DNA of 64,000 bases from assembly GCA_040954595.2 (NCBI GenBank), contig CM082592.2, positions 4,356,735-4,420,734 on the forward strand, in the 5' to 3' direction. Shown piece after piece: positions 32,634-45,311 of this stretch (its first letter is position 1; each line of letters begins with the position of its first letter). The notes below the pieces were generated by a model. That model was not told the DNA's origin. It ran no database searches and saw only the letters and a program-made list of their open reading frames with translations. The translations under genes and the position numbers were made by a program. The stretch is from Balanoglossus misakiensis (Eukaryota; Animalia; Hemichordata).

Positions 32634-35600
32634 GCAAGTAAGCAATCAAGCAAGCAAGCAATCAAGCAAGTGATCGATCAATGATCGCCCAATCAATCAA
32701 TGTTTGATTGACTGGTTGCATGGTTGGTTGATTGTTAAGTTGGTTGGTTGAGTGAGCGTGATTAAACGGGACCAACGGGCCAGTTTTAGTGTGTAGTCAG
32801 TATTAATCGGTTCCACACGCATCAGTATAGCATATACCTACCTCGCGGAGTTATGTGGTCAAAGGCGTACGGACGGGATCTCTCGATAATCTCGAACAGA
32901 ATGATAGCAAAGCTATAGATGTCCCCCTTCTGAGTTCCGTACACGGGCGGGAAGTTCATGCGAAGAAGTTCAGGCGCAGTCCAAAGCTTGCCTATGATAA
33001 AAGAGGGTAAGAGATAATATGTTTAGGCTGATACTGAAATAGTGAAACTTGTGAGGGAATCAACATTAGCCTATCGAGTACGGAATACCATAGTTTCTGG
33101 GAAAATACATGTAATACTCGTCTGAGAGCCTGGGCAGAATTAACAGGTGGCTGGTGCGATGATGACAAACCATAAACAATGTGTTCTGTACTGTTTCCAT
33201 TCCTTTCATGGTGTTTTAGACCCTTCATGGGTGCACCTTTAAATTTTCAAAAATACCTTACCCAAATAAAGTTCATGTTCATCGGCATTAACGTTTCTGG
33301 CTTGACCCTGCATAAAGCTCTGGAGACCGTAGTCGGTGATTTTCACCACCCATCGGCTGTCAATCAGGCAGTTGGATGATTTCAGGGTGCCGTGAGACCC
33401 GTTTCCGTGTTTGCTCTTGTGCAAGTACTCCAGTCCCTATGGAGGCATTGACAGAAGATTGTGAAATTGCTGTCAGAGCCGTTACAGACGTTATATGCTG
33501 AATGGCATCATACTAGTATTTGCAGTTTTGCTGAATGCACAGATTGTATCGTCGCTAGACATTTTCGTATTTTCAGACAAAGGTCAACAATGCCTGAAAG
33601 CATCGACAATTAAACGCCCACGATTACCTAATGCGCATGTGCGTAATTTCGTGTGTACAAACATTACGTCCAATCCAAATGTTCTGCAAATTTTGCGTTC
33701 GACGCATGCAAATAGTGGACTGCCTTCGCTTCCTTTCATATTTCATGCGTACCATATAAGTAGCCTCTTGTTTTATCCCTGACCCAATTTTCTTTCTTTT
33801 CCCGATCTGCCTTATAGCAATGACTGTATACATTTTTTTGTTACCAGAGTCTCTGGTTTGGCACATGCGCATGAGACGATCGTCGGCCTTTAAACTTATT
33901 TTTGTCACCTTTATTATATCAGCGAAGAAAGAAACTTTGAAGGCACGGTCGAGTTTGATGTCGTCATTCTCCAACACATCCTGTTGAGGAGACAGAAAAG
34001 GCGTCAACATTGGAGTACTTTCCACATATTGTCAACAGTAACACTGCATTTGGCAAACATATTCGAAGGAAAATAATTCTAAGGAGTGAAAGGGCAAGAA
34101 ACGTCAGCGACAGCGGGTCATGTGATGATACCAATTCAGTTTCATTTTCTTCAAAGGTTGGTTCAACCTCTGACCTTGCCTGTGGCAAGGTTCACGTTGG
34201 GAATCATGGCCCATAAATATACATGCAATTTAAACGAAATTCTCGCTAACTTAAAATAGCTTTTATACATGATTGGAGGGGTCAAATCACATAATAATAT
34301 CAACACATTGGTATTTGCTCTGTCACAAAATTCCAGTTATGCAGTATGATCAACATCAATTTAACTTATGAACGACGACCATCTTGAAATTTTGTCGACT
34401 GCTTGAGAATTTTCTCACTCACCTAGGTAGTAAAAAAACTACTTAATTCAGTGATGGTATATGAAAATATGGGTCGGGGATATTCAATCATTGTCTATAG
34501 CTAGCAAAGTATAATGCGCCTCGAAATTTAATGCTTTTTTATTCAAAAGCACGTCACAAGGTTTTAGTACAAGGTAAGAAATAAGATTTTTTTTATCTTA
34601 CAGACGTCTCGAGGCGCATGGTACCTTGTCGAAATTTACATATAGTACCTGTAGACTTCCTTTGTGGCAATATTGCCAGACCAGGCAGAGATCGGGATAT
34701 ATAACACAAGCCCCGAAAAATATATTCAGGTTTTCGTGATTGAGTTGACGTATCTAAAGTAGAAATGTAATACACACATTTGCACACAACAGACCAGTTT
34801 CACGACCCTTGCGTGACCTATTTCAAGACGGTGTTTTTGGTGGTATGTGGCGACCGAAGTTCAATTTGTTTGTTGCGACAAACGTCAACATTCCCTGAAG
34901 ATGAGATAGAGTGGAGGGGGGTTCAATTAAAGGGAAGGGGTCGTCGCGCCGCGTGGGTGTCCCTCTTGTTGAGAATATGTCCTCCCATACCAGCACAAAC
35001 CCCACTACAGTCGCCACGACCTACTAGGATCTGCAGTTGCTGTCATGCCCAGTCTACGCTACGGTTGGCTGCTTCGTTCATTCTAAGAATTATCTTATTT
35101 GAGGGATTTGTGGATGAATTGTAATGTTTATAAACAAACAAACGCGGCGTGACGACCCCTTCACTTTAAGTGCAAGTGCAAGGTCGTCGAAGAGGTTTCA
35201 AAGAACTTTGAACTGGTGGATTCATACCAGCAAAAACAACTGCATGGTTGTAAGGTCACGTAGAGTCCATGAAAATGGCGGAGAACAAACAAACTACCTG
35301 TAGGCTCCCTCTGGCACAGTATTGCCACACTATGAAGATGCAACCGGGATCCACGCATGCGCCGACGAAATTGTTCAGGTTCTCATGATTTAACGTTCGT
35401 ATCTGGACGAGAAAAATCGCGAATTACAATGGTTGTACCATGACACAGGGCAATACGATTGAGCTTGCACAGTCCGCCATCTTCTTGTCACTCATGTGCA
35501 CTGCAGCGATTAGTTGTGTACAATTTGAGAGTTGTCAATGTTATCATAAATTAATGCATGCATTCGACACGCGAAATGTGATTTTTACCCCCCCCCCCCA

Positions 35601-38600
35601 AAAAAAAAAATAAAACTACAAAAATGTAAATTTCGTTACAATTCAATCATGGTCACTCCTACTTGCTGGCCATACAAAAATTCAAAATAGTTGGATAGAC
35701 AGATTCAGGGTGTCAAAATTGTCCCAATTTAATACATTTCACATTTCGTTAAAACGTCAATAATTTGACTGAGATAGCCCCTAGTGACCTCTATCCTGAA
35801 TGTCAAAGTTGTACGGCAATACGTGTGGGTTTTTTAAAAGAAGCCTAGTGTATTGACCTACGATGGACAGATGATGTAAGCACAGCGGACGACGATGGAC
35901 AGTCGAACTGCCCGAAAAGTGCTACGTCAATGACAGCTGATCTAAAATTTGCTCAAAATATAACATTTCAGAATATATTGGGGAAAATCGGATTTAGATC
36001 ACAACTGCGGACCAGCATACCAAATTAATCGGGCAGGTGTATTCTGAGAAGAACACATCAATTTTTTTACCAAATCGGTAGAGATTGCCCCTAAAATAAA
36101 ATTCCCAGTCGTCAGAAATTGAACAACTATGGCTCAGATGATCCCCGGTGGCACGTACACCAAATAGCAACGCTAATATGAAGAGTGGTTTCTGAGATGT
36201 CGGTTGTTGACGAGCGGAAGCTGAACACCGCCGTCATCGGACGTTGGTGTGGACAGGAAGAAATGCCTTACTGTATCGTGTTACTGTATCGTATTACAAA
36301 ACAATCTGGCATGTTACTCACAATATAAATTCACACCACTACAGTGAAATCAAATCGAGGACACGCAACTGTCTATATGGTGTATTACACGTTTACTGGG
36401 ACAGAGAGAAGAATATAGTTATTCCCTTCGGCTAAGAAAGCGTCTCGATTTACACCTTTCATAAAATCCGCAATTATCAAAACGCCTCAAGTATACACGC
36501 GGGGAAATGAAAATCACCCATTGTGATCTGTAACCATCTGCTCAGACTATGTTACCATGGCAATTGCCTCGCGAGAATTTTAAAATGTCGCTACTAGAAG
36601 TAGCCGGCTGTGGTACATGTGAAAATAAAAATTCATCGATAAAATGAGTTATTAGACTTGCAAAAAGGTGCGCCACCATGGCCTTTGTTACACTTGGACA
36701 CGCCTTTCCAACCATATACGGGCAAATGTAAATTAGAGGTGATTGACAGGGTTACCTCACTGAATTCCACCAGTACTGTGCGGTTGATTTGCATGTGCTC
36801 TTTGTTTATCTTCTTGAGCGCCACTTGCACGCCTTTGTAAATCCCTGTCTTGCAGAAATATTGCACGCTCCGCGACGTGGCGTTGCTCTCAACGCCAGTG
36901 CCGTTGGAACCAGTGGATCCCACGTTGCTTGCGCCTGGCTTATTCAGACTTCCCTGAAGAGGACGACAACAAACTAGTCAAATTTGCTCGATAAACTACT
37001 ATAAAGCACGGCAGCAGAATGATTATAGCAGTCGGTTCCCGATTATAGGTAATTACATTATTCGGCTGATGATCGCCCTGTGAGTAGCTGCAATAATTGT
37101 AGCCTTGGTCACGGTGGGCTGGTTTGATCGAGCTGCATGATGGCCACCCAGCTCGATCAAACCAGCCGGCCGCCCACTAAGGCTACAGTTATCGCACCTA
37201 CTCTGTGAGCGGCGTGAAATTCTCGGCACCGGACAATTTTCAATAGTTTATACTTGAAAAAAGCTGCCAAAATATACACACGACATGTATAACAGATATA
37301 TCCCATGTGTTAGAACATTTCCCAGCAAAAATGAGATTTTAAAATTGCCTGTGCAGGGAAACTGTACAATGGAGATACAATTGTGTAATCCTGGCACCAC
37401 CAGTCGACAGCATAAAGTACAGTGAACTTGAACTCGCGCGAGCGTACCTGACTGTTGCTACCTGTTCCACGGTGTGACCCCAAATTCAAAAGCTGTATTT
37501 CGTCATAGAGAATTCGCCATCGCATGTTTATCAGGTCTGCTTCGTACTGAAAATGCCTGAGAGGAGAAGGTTGACGTAAATGATATGCAAATTCAAAGTT
37601 GCAAAAAGGTCAGTCAGAGTTCAAGACTAATGCATGCCCTGCACCTGCAGCGACAAGAACTGACCAATCAGAAGCAACCTTACCTAATTATAATATTATA
37701 TACAATAGCTCGGTGGTAAAATGTTATAATGCAGGTGGTTCTGAAATATTGCCAACTGTTTTTAAGCGTAGATCAAGAAACCAAAGTCAACACACCGACA
37801 GCAGTACAACTACTCTGCCGCCCGCGAGTATCCGAAATCTTTACCCACCTAAAAAGATACACAAACAGAATTGTGCCGACAACAATGACCAATGCACCAG
37901 CAGCGAACGATATTATGTAGATATAGGTATCTGCAGAAAAAGGGGGAAATGAGACAACCGTTAGAAACCGTCCAGAGTTTTGTAGTTCGATTGTTGTCTT
38001 TTAATACAAACAGTGACACGCATTTGTAGCTCCTGAGCCGGCCTTGCAATGAAGGGCACAGTCAGTGACAGCTTCCAGTGGGGCGTATTGAATGGATAAT
38101 GGTCTGGGCAGTATTACGTGCGGGGGGGGGGGCACTGGTGTTTTTTTTTAAATCTAGATCCACGAAAAATAGCGACCTCCTCCATAATCTGTTCATGAAA
38201 AAAGACATTTTCGGGGTTTGTTTTATTTTCTGTACTTACAGTCCTCGCCTTTGCACAGCTCGCCGTCAAATCCACAGATTGGTGTATCGGGAGGCGCGAA
38301 CTCATGACCCACGCGCCCATCTCCCCAGCGAGGTGGTGAAATATGACGCATTATCTGCGAAGGAGAAACGCAGATTGGATCCTACATTGGCAATCTATAT
38401 CCATAGTATCTTTGATCACATATCTTGTAAATTTGAAAGTGAATCGGTGAACGGTATAAATGTTCGAACGCGCCGGTAGCTATAGGCAGAAACTGTTTTC
38501 AGTATCGTTTTATTTTTTATTTCCTCCAGTGAAGACTATTCTCTGAGGTACAAGCTGGCATTTATTTATGTCATGTATTATCGGTATAGTTTGTCCCGTT

Positions 38601-41600
38601 GTCTCCTTATCATAATTTCGAATGTGTACAAATTCGCCATTGCGGAGAAATATCCCACAATACCCTGCGTGGTACTTACACGCGTTCCATTTTCCAGGTT
38701 CAGTATTTCAGATATCTTCTCGAAGATTCCATTAGATTTCAAGTCTGTAATCCAGTAATCTGGTTCGCGGTCGCCAAACTCGTCCATGAGCAGGTTACCT
38801 GTCATCCCTTGCGAATAAGAGGGTTTGGAAGGAAGGACAACATTAAACTAGTCTGTCATTTGAAATGTCTAAGAAATTTGCATTGTATTCACGGAGGTGG
38901 TCGTCTTGAAGTCTTGGTTGTGACGTCACACGGCGGCCATTTTAATTTGCTCAGAATCCTGACAGTATGGCAACTCTGGCTGCGTTAAATAGGTGTGTAC
39001 AACTCACCGTAGTAAGGGTTTGAAGAAATGATGTATTAAAACATTCTTTCTTGTATTTAACATATTAAACTCATTGAACTTTTCTTTTTCACATTTTGTC
39101 ACTTTTTACACAAAGTTTCAGAATGACCCAGTATCACTTTAGCTAATGAACTTCCAAAAATCGGCCATCTTGAAATTGTGTCGACTATATGAGATTTTCA
39201 CCACTCACCTAGGTAGCCAAAACCTATTTAAGATAGCGAGAATATTGGCGCATACCTTACCCTTTGCACGGCGCTGCCAGAGGTAGAATTCGGACAGGGG
39301 AAGTTTTACTAGTACCCTATTCAGACTTGGACTGATGAGGGCGTTGTTCAAGTGGCTCGTAGAATTTGAATTCAATGATTTTCTGTGAAAGTGCTCAAAC
39401 TGCAATCGCACTTACCTTTGAAAAATTTCCCAGACATAGCCTGCAACATCACTTCGCCATCACGGTAATCGTTGCCATTGGATACAGTCTCGTTGAGTGC
39501 GATGACGTAAAGTATTAGGGCATCGTGGAGAAAGGCGGCGTACTTATTACCCTGCGGTAAATCAGAGATTGGAAACACGTGACAGTGCACTTGGTTCTCG
39601 CATCATATACCTGGATGTTACGTCCCTGTATAACTCTATATAGGTACGTGCAGTTTTTTCCTTTGTTATGTACTGTGTGTTTTGGGGGTGTATAACAGAC
39701 CAACCCGGTTCGGTTGCGAGCCCAAATAACATCGGCGCGCATTCCTGAACTATTTTCTTTCTCATTCCTCCGCGCGCGTTGTGTTATCCGTAAACGTTCT
39801 GTCCGTAAAGCGCATTAGCTCGCAGGCCTCATCATGGCTTTGATGGTATAGCTACGCGAAAAGCTTGCGACAATGACCAAGCGGGAACTATATCGTTGCA
39901 AATATTAAAAAAAAAAATTGTGGCTGGCCAAATTTGGCCACCCACACACGTACATACATAAATATACTTACACCTGATATTGTTCGTAAAGTTGACCCAC
40001 TCTATAAATATATAAATGCAGGAATGCGTTTTAGATCTGTTATGAATATCGGTCGCTCACCATAGCCGTGGAAATTTGGTTCCCACTGATCATGTATTTG
40101 CCGGTTTCAAGGACCCCCGTCAACAATGTCAACAGCAGAAAAGATGAACTCGACCACGACCATGACTCGACAAATCGATCTTGCCGCTGTTTGTTTTTTT
40201 GCACTGACACCGACAACGTTTTTAATGACAACTTCTGCGGATGGTCGAGAACGATTACTTGCAACGCTATCAGTCCTAGGTCTGCAACTGTGTGACACAT
40301 CATCTCCCGCAACATATTGTGCGACGTGCCAACAATTTTAGTGAATCGACGCGTCAAAAAGATCCGTCACGCGAAGATATTCAGTTCATATCTGGAGCCA
40401 TTATTAAACCATTGTTGAATCACTTTTCTTCAGACCTGACACTAAGACACTGTGCCATCAAATTCACGCCTACGTCAATTATATTTGTATTGCAATACTA
40501 TCCAGTATGGCCGATAGGCGGCCATTTTGTTACGATTTTTCATGTCCAGAGCACTTTCATACACTTCGCGACACAAACCAATATGGTCGTCCGGTGGCCA
40601 TTTTGTTTTGATTTATTGTCGTCTGGAACAATTAATCAGACATATCTGAGCCGACATTGGCATAGATATTATATTATACACGTTCAATTTGTGACATGAC
40701 ATGATCCGATATGATTTCATTCCGACAATATGCTTGCCTATCACTCAAAACTGCCAGAACCATTTTATAGTTGACTCACGGGTATAATCGCGTTTGACTG
40801 AAGAGCTATGGCGTGTTTGTGTATTTCAGTTTGCATAATAATATGTACAAATGTGGCTGCCAGGTAGCCATTTTGATAAATTAAACACGATCCAGCGGGA
40901 ACTATGTCATTGACAACAATGACATTGTTAAGCCTTGGCTACTGTCGTTGCAAATATTTAATATTTTTCCTTTTTGGCCGGCCAGGTTTGATCACCTACA
41001 CACACGTACATACATGAACATACTTACAGCTGTTATTGTTGGTAAGGTTGTGAGTGACCCATGCTATAAACAAATGCAGAAATGCGTTTTAGATCTGTTG
41101 TGAATATCGGTCGCTCACTATAGCCGTGAAAATTTGGTTCGGGTTGGGAGAAAGGAATCCCACTCACTCCCCTCCTTTGCCTATAGGTGCATGCCAAGAA
41201 ATGCGCAAAAACGTTTTCAATGTCCAATACCTTGATCCCTTCCTGTAGAGTCTGGTTCCAGGGGGCGTCCTGTAAACGACGCGCCACTTCAATTGTGAAA
41301 TCGTCGATTTGTCTGCCACTCAATGCTGCCAGCGAGACCTGGGAACATTAAAGGTACACTGGCTCTAATTTTTGTTATTTGGTCATTTGATTTTTTTTCT
41401 GAAAATGATGAATATAGAGATCAATAGAACTCGTCCAAATTTCATATTAGTTACCAGATACCTGTCCACACCCTTCAGCATGGATTCAATAACTGTACAA
41501 GTTCACACTTAAAGATGACACACTTACATGAAACACCGACTCAAATGCCTGCCTGGCTTCATCGTTTCTTCCGTCGTCTCCTAGATACGTCTCCTCCGCC

Positions 41601-43901
41601 GTGACAACGTCTTCGTCCGGCAACATCTCCACGGTGTAGTACACGAAGTCGCCGTTGGTCATTCCCATGGAGTAGGCTTCCAGTAGGAACATGCGGCGGT
41701 CATTTTTGGGCGCCGATATAAAGATAACTGAGGAGAAATATAAGACACAAGAGTATCCAACAGGCGTTCATTTAGCTGCACGGGATATTACTGGAACAGC
41801 TGCAGAAGAAGCGATGCTGTGCACGCTGTATATATAGGTACCTGCACAGCGTCTGAAATTGTTCGTTCGAAACCATCTCACGTGGAAATCATATGAGCAT
41901 CACTGATTGCTATGGTCATGCATTGTTCATGGTGGAAGCGTCAAGCTTTATGCTTTTCGCCCTGATTTAAGATACAATAAGTTGACGAAGCCCAAGAATG
42001 CAACTTCTAGCACTATTGTTGTCTGCTCTTGTAAATAAAAAAAAAACAATCGCGCGAGTTATGCATGGCAAAATGCTGTTTTTCTCTCTGAATAACCGAA
42101 CAAAATCAAACAATTTGTGAAAATGCAACCAGACTGAATCGCAGCTTTAAGCTTACTGTATATACGGTTTCATGACGCTATAACCAGATATAAAAATGCA
42201 CGTGCAAGTATATATTTTTCTGGTAGTATACTTACTGCGTCCTTCCGCCTTTGCCTTTGTAAGTATGTTTCGCACTTGCTTAATGGTAGGATTGTTGTCG
42301 TAGGCTACATAGTACGCGATGGTGATGTTGTTCTCGCCGAAAGTCTGAAATACAAAGGTTAACGATCAAACCTTTCTCCATGTGAATCCATGAGTATACT
42401 GGGTATATATTAGCATGCTGTTTGGACAAGTTAAATAATTGCATTTGACAATGCAGCTCAAATAAAGGTCGAGTGTCCCACCTTCAGAAAGGCCTTTGAC
42501 GCATCCTGATAGAGCAGAAACGTCGACGAAATCAGGACGACTCGCTTCCAGTTGTAGTTGTTCAGAATCTCGTTCAGAAAGAAGCCGAGTTTGCTGAACG
42601 ATCCCAGGGTTCGGCCCAGAGTGGTGTACGTGGCCGTCTTGTCGTTGAAATCTGGATCCGTCGCCACCCACGATATGATTGGAATATTCCAGAATGATGC
42701 CAGCTGTGCTGCTGTCATACATGCTTTGGGAAATAAATAAATAAATGAATTAACAAACAAACAAACAAACAAACAAACAAACAAACAAACAAACAAAATC
42801 ATAAATAGAAACAATAGATTAATGGAAGCTTAGAGTAAATCGGATCCGCAACTCAACAATTGTTTTCATTCTTGTCGTGAAACGTCGCAATTTCGTGTTC
42901 TCATGCACTGTAACACATACCCTATGCTATATTTAATCTAAAACAAGTGTCGTAAGGAAAACTGTATACCCTCAAAAGAAAATGAATTATCCAACAATTC
43001 GGTGAACAAAAGTTCTAGTACACGCCTAATATTGAATCGCATGGAACAATATTTTCTCTAACAGTCCTTACTTTTTCGTACCAAAGAAACTCACCTATTG
43101 AACACGGAGGGCCTATGACGACATCAACACGCTCTTCGACGTGGAGTTCCACCATGTAGCCACCGGCCTGTTTGCTATCACATGCCGAGTCTCGAGTGAC
43201 GATCCTAGAAAAGAAGGGGATTCCAATAAAAACAATTCTTTTCAAGGTATAGTTTGCGCTTCGAGAACAGATAATCCCCAAAACCGTTCGATACATCGCT
43301 ATATCAAAGTACGTGGGACGTCATTTTGATATTTTTCATGAAAAAAATGATTTGTGCGTTTTCTTACTGTGGTCAATCTCTGAAATGCTCTATTTTATGT
43401 GAGGGACTTCAAAATGTTTGGGACTTCTTTGGCTTCGTCAGTGATAAGTTTTCAACCACACCCCCCTTCATCCTCCGCCACTACAAAGTGTGTGCCCTCA
43501 CTCTTTCTGTTACCCCCAAAAAATTGCCCTGAAACAGGGAACTTTTGCGTGGGGAAACATGTATAATTCGAGATTCAGTTACTACACGTTCTAAAGCTAA
43601 TTCTCAACTCGAATTTTGTGTTATGACAATCAGGGTTTTCTAGAAAACGTTATAAGTGCGGCTGCCACGTCGACACTTACTCGAAGTCAACCTCTTCAAC
43701 CAAGTCCATAGTCTTGATGTAGTCTATGGCGATGTTCAGCGCGCCGGCGCTCGTCTGGCCGCTGAAGTTATCCAGTTCGTCGATGTTGGTCCACGGTGCC
43801 AGAAAACCAACTTTGATTTTCAGGACCGAGTCGCCTCTCTGGATGCAGACACTTAAAACCACCACCACCGCAATTAACAGAATATGTAATCGACGACGCA
43901 T
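27546..43901 (-). CDS. Receptor guanylyl cyclase paralog 2 (NPR/GC-A-like), spliced, with a duplicated kinase-homology exon
   Basis: Exons (minus): 43681-43901, 43095-43204, 42482-42723, 42236-42344, 41528-41727, 41231-41338, 39416-39551, 38680-38807, 38240-38354, 37849-37930 (TM), 37448-37556, 36756-36953, [35298-35402 or 34649-34753], 33909-33980, 33262-33436 (HGTLKSSNC), 32842-32991, 32252-32438, 31709-31849, 31100-31223, 30413-30481, 29435-29708 (VETIGDAYM...MPRYCLFGD), 28520-28614, 28124-28197, 27840-27872, 27546-27609 (...REALF*). GT-AG boundaries; phases consistent where checked. Confidence 0.94.
29282..29365. mobile_element. MITE family B, internally deleted copy
   Basis: TTAAAGGCCGACGATCGTC...GATGATCGCCGCCCTTTAA, 84 bp. 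Confidence 0.65.
32498..32700. repeat. (CCAT)/(CGAT)/(CAAT)/(CAAG) compound microsatellite
   Basis: Read directly. Confidence 0.92.
33610..33893. mobile_element. MITE family B copy
   Basis: TTAA flanks; 3' end GCACATGCGCATGAGACGATCGTCGGCCTTTAA; internal AAATGTTCTGCAAATTTTGCGTTCGACGCAT shared with the 27122 copy. Confidence 0.72.
34649..34753 (-). CDS. rGC-2 alternative exon 13b (tandem duplicate of 13a)
   Basis: 105 nt, phase 0-0, acceptor TTTCTACTTTAG, donor GTACTA; [35 protein letters not shown], no stops. Confidence 0.88.
34794..35278 (-). other. Predicted intronic RNA stem-loop between rGC-2 exons 13a and 13b
   Basis: 34794-34847 is imperfectly complementary to 35223-35278; 34927-34954 is complementary to 35142-35169 at 26/28 positions. 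Confidence 0.8.
35298..35402 (-). CDS. rGC-2 alternative exon 13a (kinase-homology domain)
   Basis: 105 nt, phase 0-0, AG/GT flanked; [35 protein letters not shown]. Confidence 0.9.
37082..37203. repeat. ~120 bp foldback hairpin in rGC-2 intron 11
   Basis: Perfect 19 bp stem 37117-37135 / 37149-37167 plus an imperfect outer stem (GAGTAGCTGCAATAATTGTAGCCTT / AAGGCTACAGTTATCGCACCTACTC). Confidence 0.8.
39061..39243. repeat. Dispersed repeat family A; other copies at ~16662-16858, ~34325-34447, ~51890-51972
   Basis: Shared core GGCCATCTTGAAATTGTGTCGAC...CACCTAGGTAGCCAAAACCTATTTAAG in introns of all three paralogs, at non-homologous positions. Confidence 0.8.
39880..41140. repeat. Imperfect ~200-245 bp direct repeat pair in rGC-2 intron 6
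   Basis: ~39880-40082 resembles ~40895-41140 (AATGCGTTTTAGATCTGTTRTGAATATCGGTCGCTCACYATAGCCGTG). Confidence 0.75.
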
Positions 43902-45014
43902 TTTGAAAATCTTCGTTTGATGTGCGACACGGTCGATCGGATCTGAAGCGAAATCGGATCACGTACGCTATGATATATCTGCTGCGAATGAAGTCGCACA
44001 ATCAAGGCTTTTGAATCGTTTTAAGAATTTGCTGGAAAGCTCGGTATTTTTCAGTCTCCTGTGACGGTCATCTCCTGTGAGATCAATGTAAAAACAGTAA
44101 TTATTCACTGAACGTTTGTTTATTTCGGGAGAAAAACAGTAATTATTCGCCCCACGTGTGTTCATCTCGTCCATAATTGACGCAGTTGGCGTCGTCGCTG
44201 GTACAGACGACCCGCTGTTCAGACTGGTTACCATGGATTTTTAAAGGCCTGCCAAATTTTCCTGCGCAATCAGATAAGCTTAATCAGCATAATTATAGGA
44301 GCTCATCGAGGCGGCAAGACATCTTTCAAAACCATGGGTTCGGATTTTGCCAGGGGCGAGGGCGGCAACGGGATGAACAATTTGCGAATCGGGGACAATC
44401 CCCCCGCGTGGTCGCGGGCAAGCCGAACTTTCTCACCCGGACAGAGAACGGTGCGCATGAATATGGTAATGGCCGTTCCTGGCAGGACAAAATGTGACGT
44501 ATATGACCTCCAAACTACGAACACCCACCTGAGTCGACACCTGGCCTTCCGGTGCACGAAGGCACGATGAAGACCAACGGGTTTTTGATTGCAAAATAAC
44601 AATTTCACCCTTCATTATTATACATTTTCCTTTCTATGTACACAGTCATGTCTTTGTTTTGTAGGATTTATGCTGGAAGATCCATCACATGAGGTGCTAG
44701 GGCGAAGCGACAGACCTTGTAATCTTTATTCGGTTTTGCAGAAAAATGACATTTTAGAAGGAATTTATAAGTACATTAATTCAACCATGGAAAACGCAGA
44801 CAGTCAGTGTCACTTTAGGTGACGTCACTGATAATGAATGACCAAGGAGGGCAGTGTATGAGGTAATGTCACCAAAGGTCGGAACTTGACTGGAAGTCCG
44901 GTTCCACCGGAGGTTGTCACCGGAGACAGCAGCGAATCAGGGGAATGCGAAAAAACAACTATGCTAAAACATCGGCATTGTAGCTAGTAGCCTCCAAGTT
45001 GCCTTCAAACTTTT

Positions 45015-45311
45015 AAAGGCCAAAAAAGTGTTTCTGGGCAGCGTGTGCGTCACTTGAATAACAGCGCGTCACCCCTTTTTTCTTGAGGGACTGTGGTTTG
45101 TGGTGGCGGGCACGGCAAACTCGAACTGTTTCAACTAGATACAAATCACTGGACACTTTGGTGCACGTGGTCAGTGACTGCGTGAACAGTATACATGTGA
45201 CTCTATTGCTAAAACTATAAAACTGGCCATCCTTCCTCCCTTGAGGGAAATAATCGCATCGCCTTTCCATGTCTTAAAGAAAGGCCTGACCAGAAACATT
45301 TTTTGGCCTTG
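45015..45311. mobile_element. MITE with TIR AAGGCCAAAAAA(G)TGTTTCTGG; related copies at ~22017-22200 and (inverted, partial) ~21675-21825
   Basis: Terminal inverted repeats; core CAGTGACTGCRTGAACAGTATACAT...AAAACTATAAAACTG...CCTTCCTCCCTTGAGGGAAA shared with the 22017 copy. Confidence 0.7.

Noticed and set aside
39261-39396. Possible second copy of exon 7 in rGC-2 (ends ...RRAK G|GTAAG, same phase)
   Set aside because: No convincing homology to the FLHDA exon, no acceptor at the matching position, and the nearest CAG is only ~33 nt from the exon 7 donor.
40040-40357. Cys-containing short ORFs in rGC-2 intron 6 as a nested gene
   Set aside because: No recognisable domain or splice structure; lies within a repeat-bounded segment.
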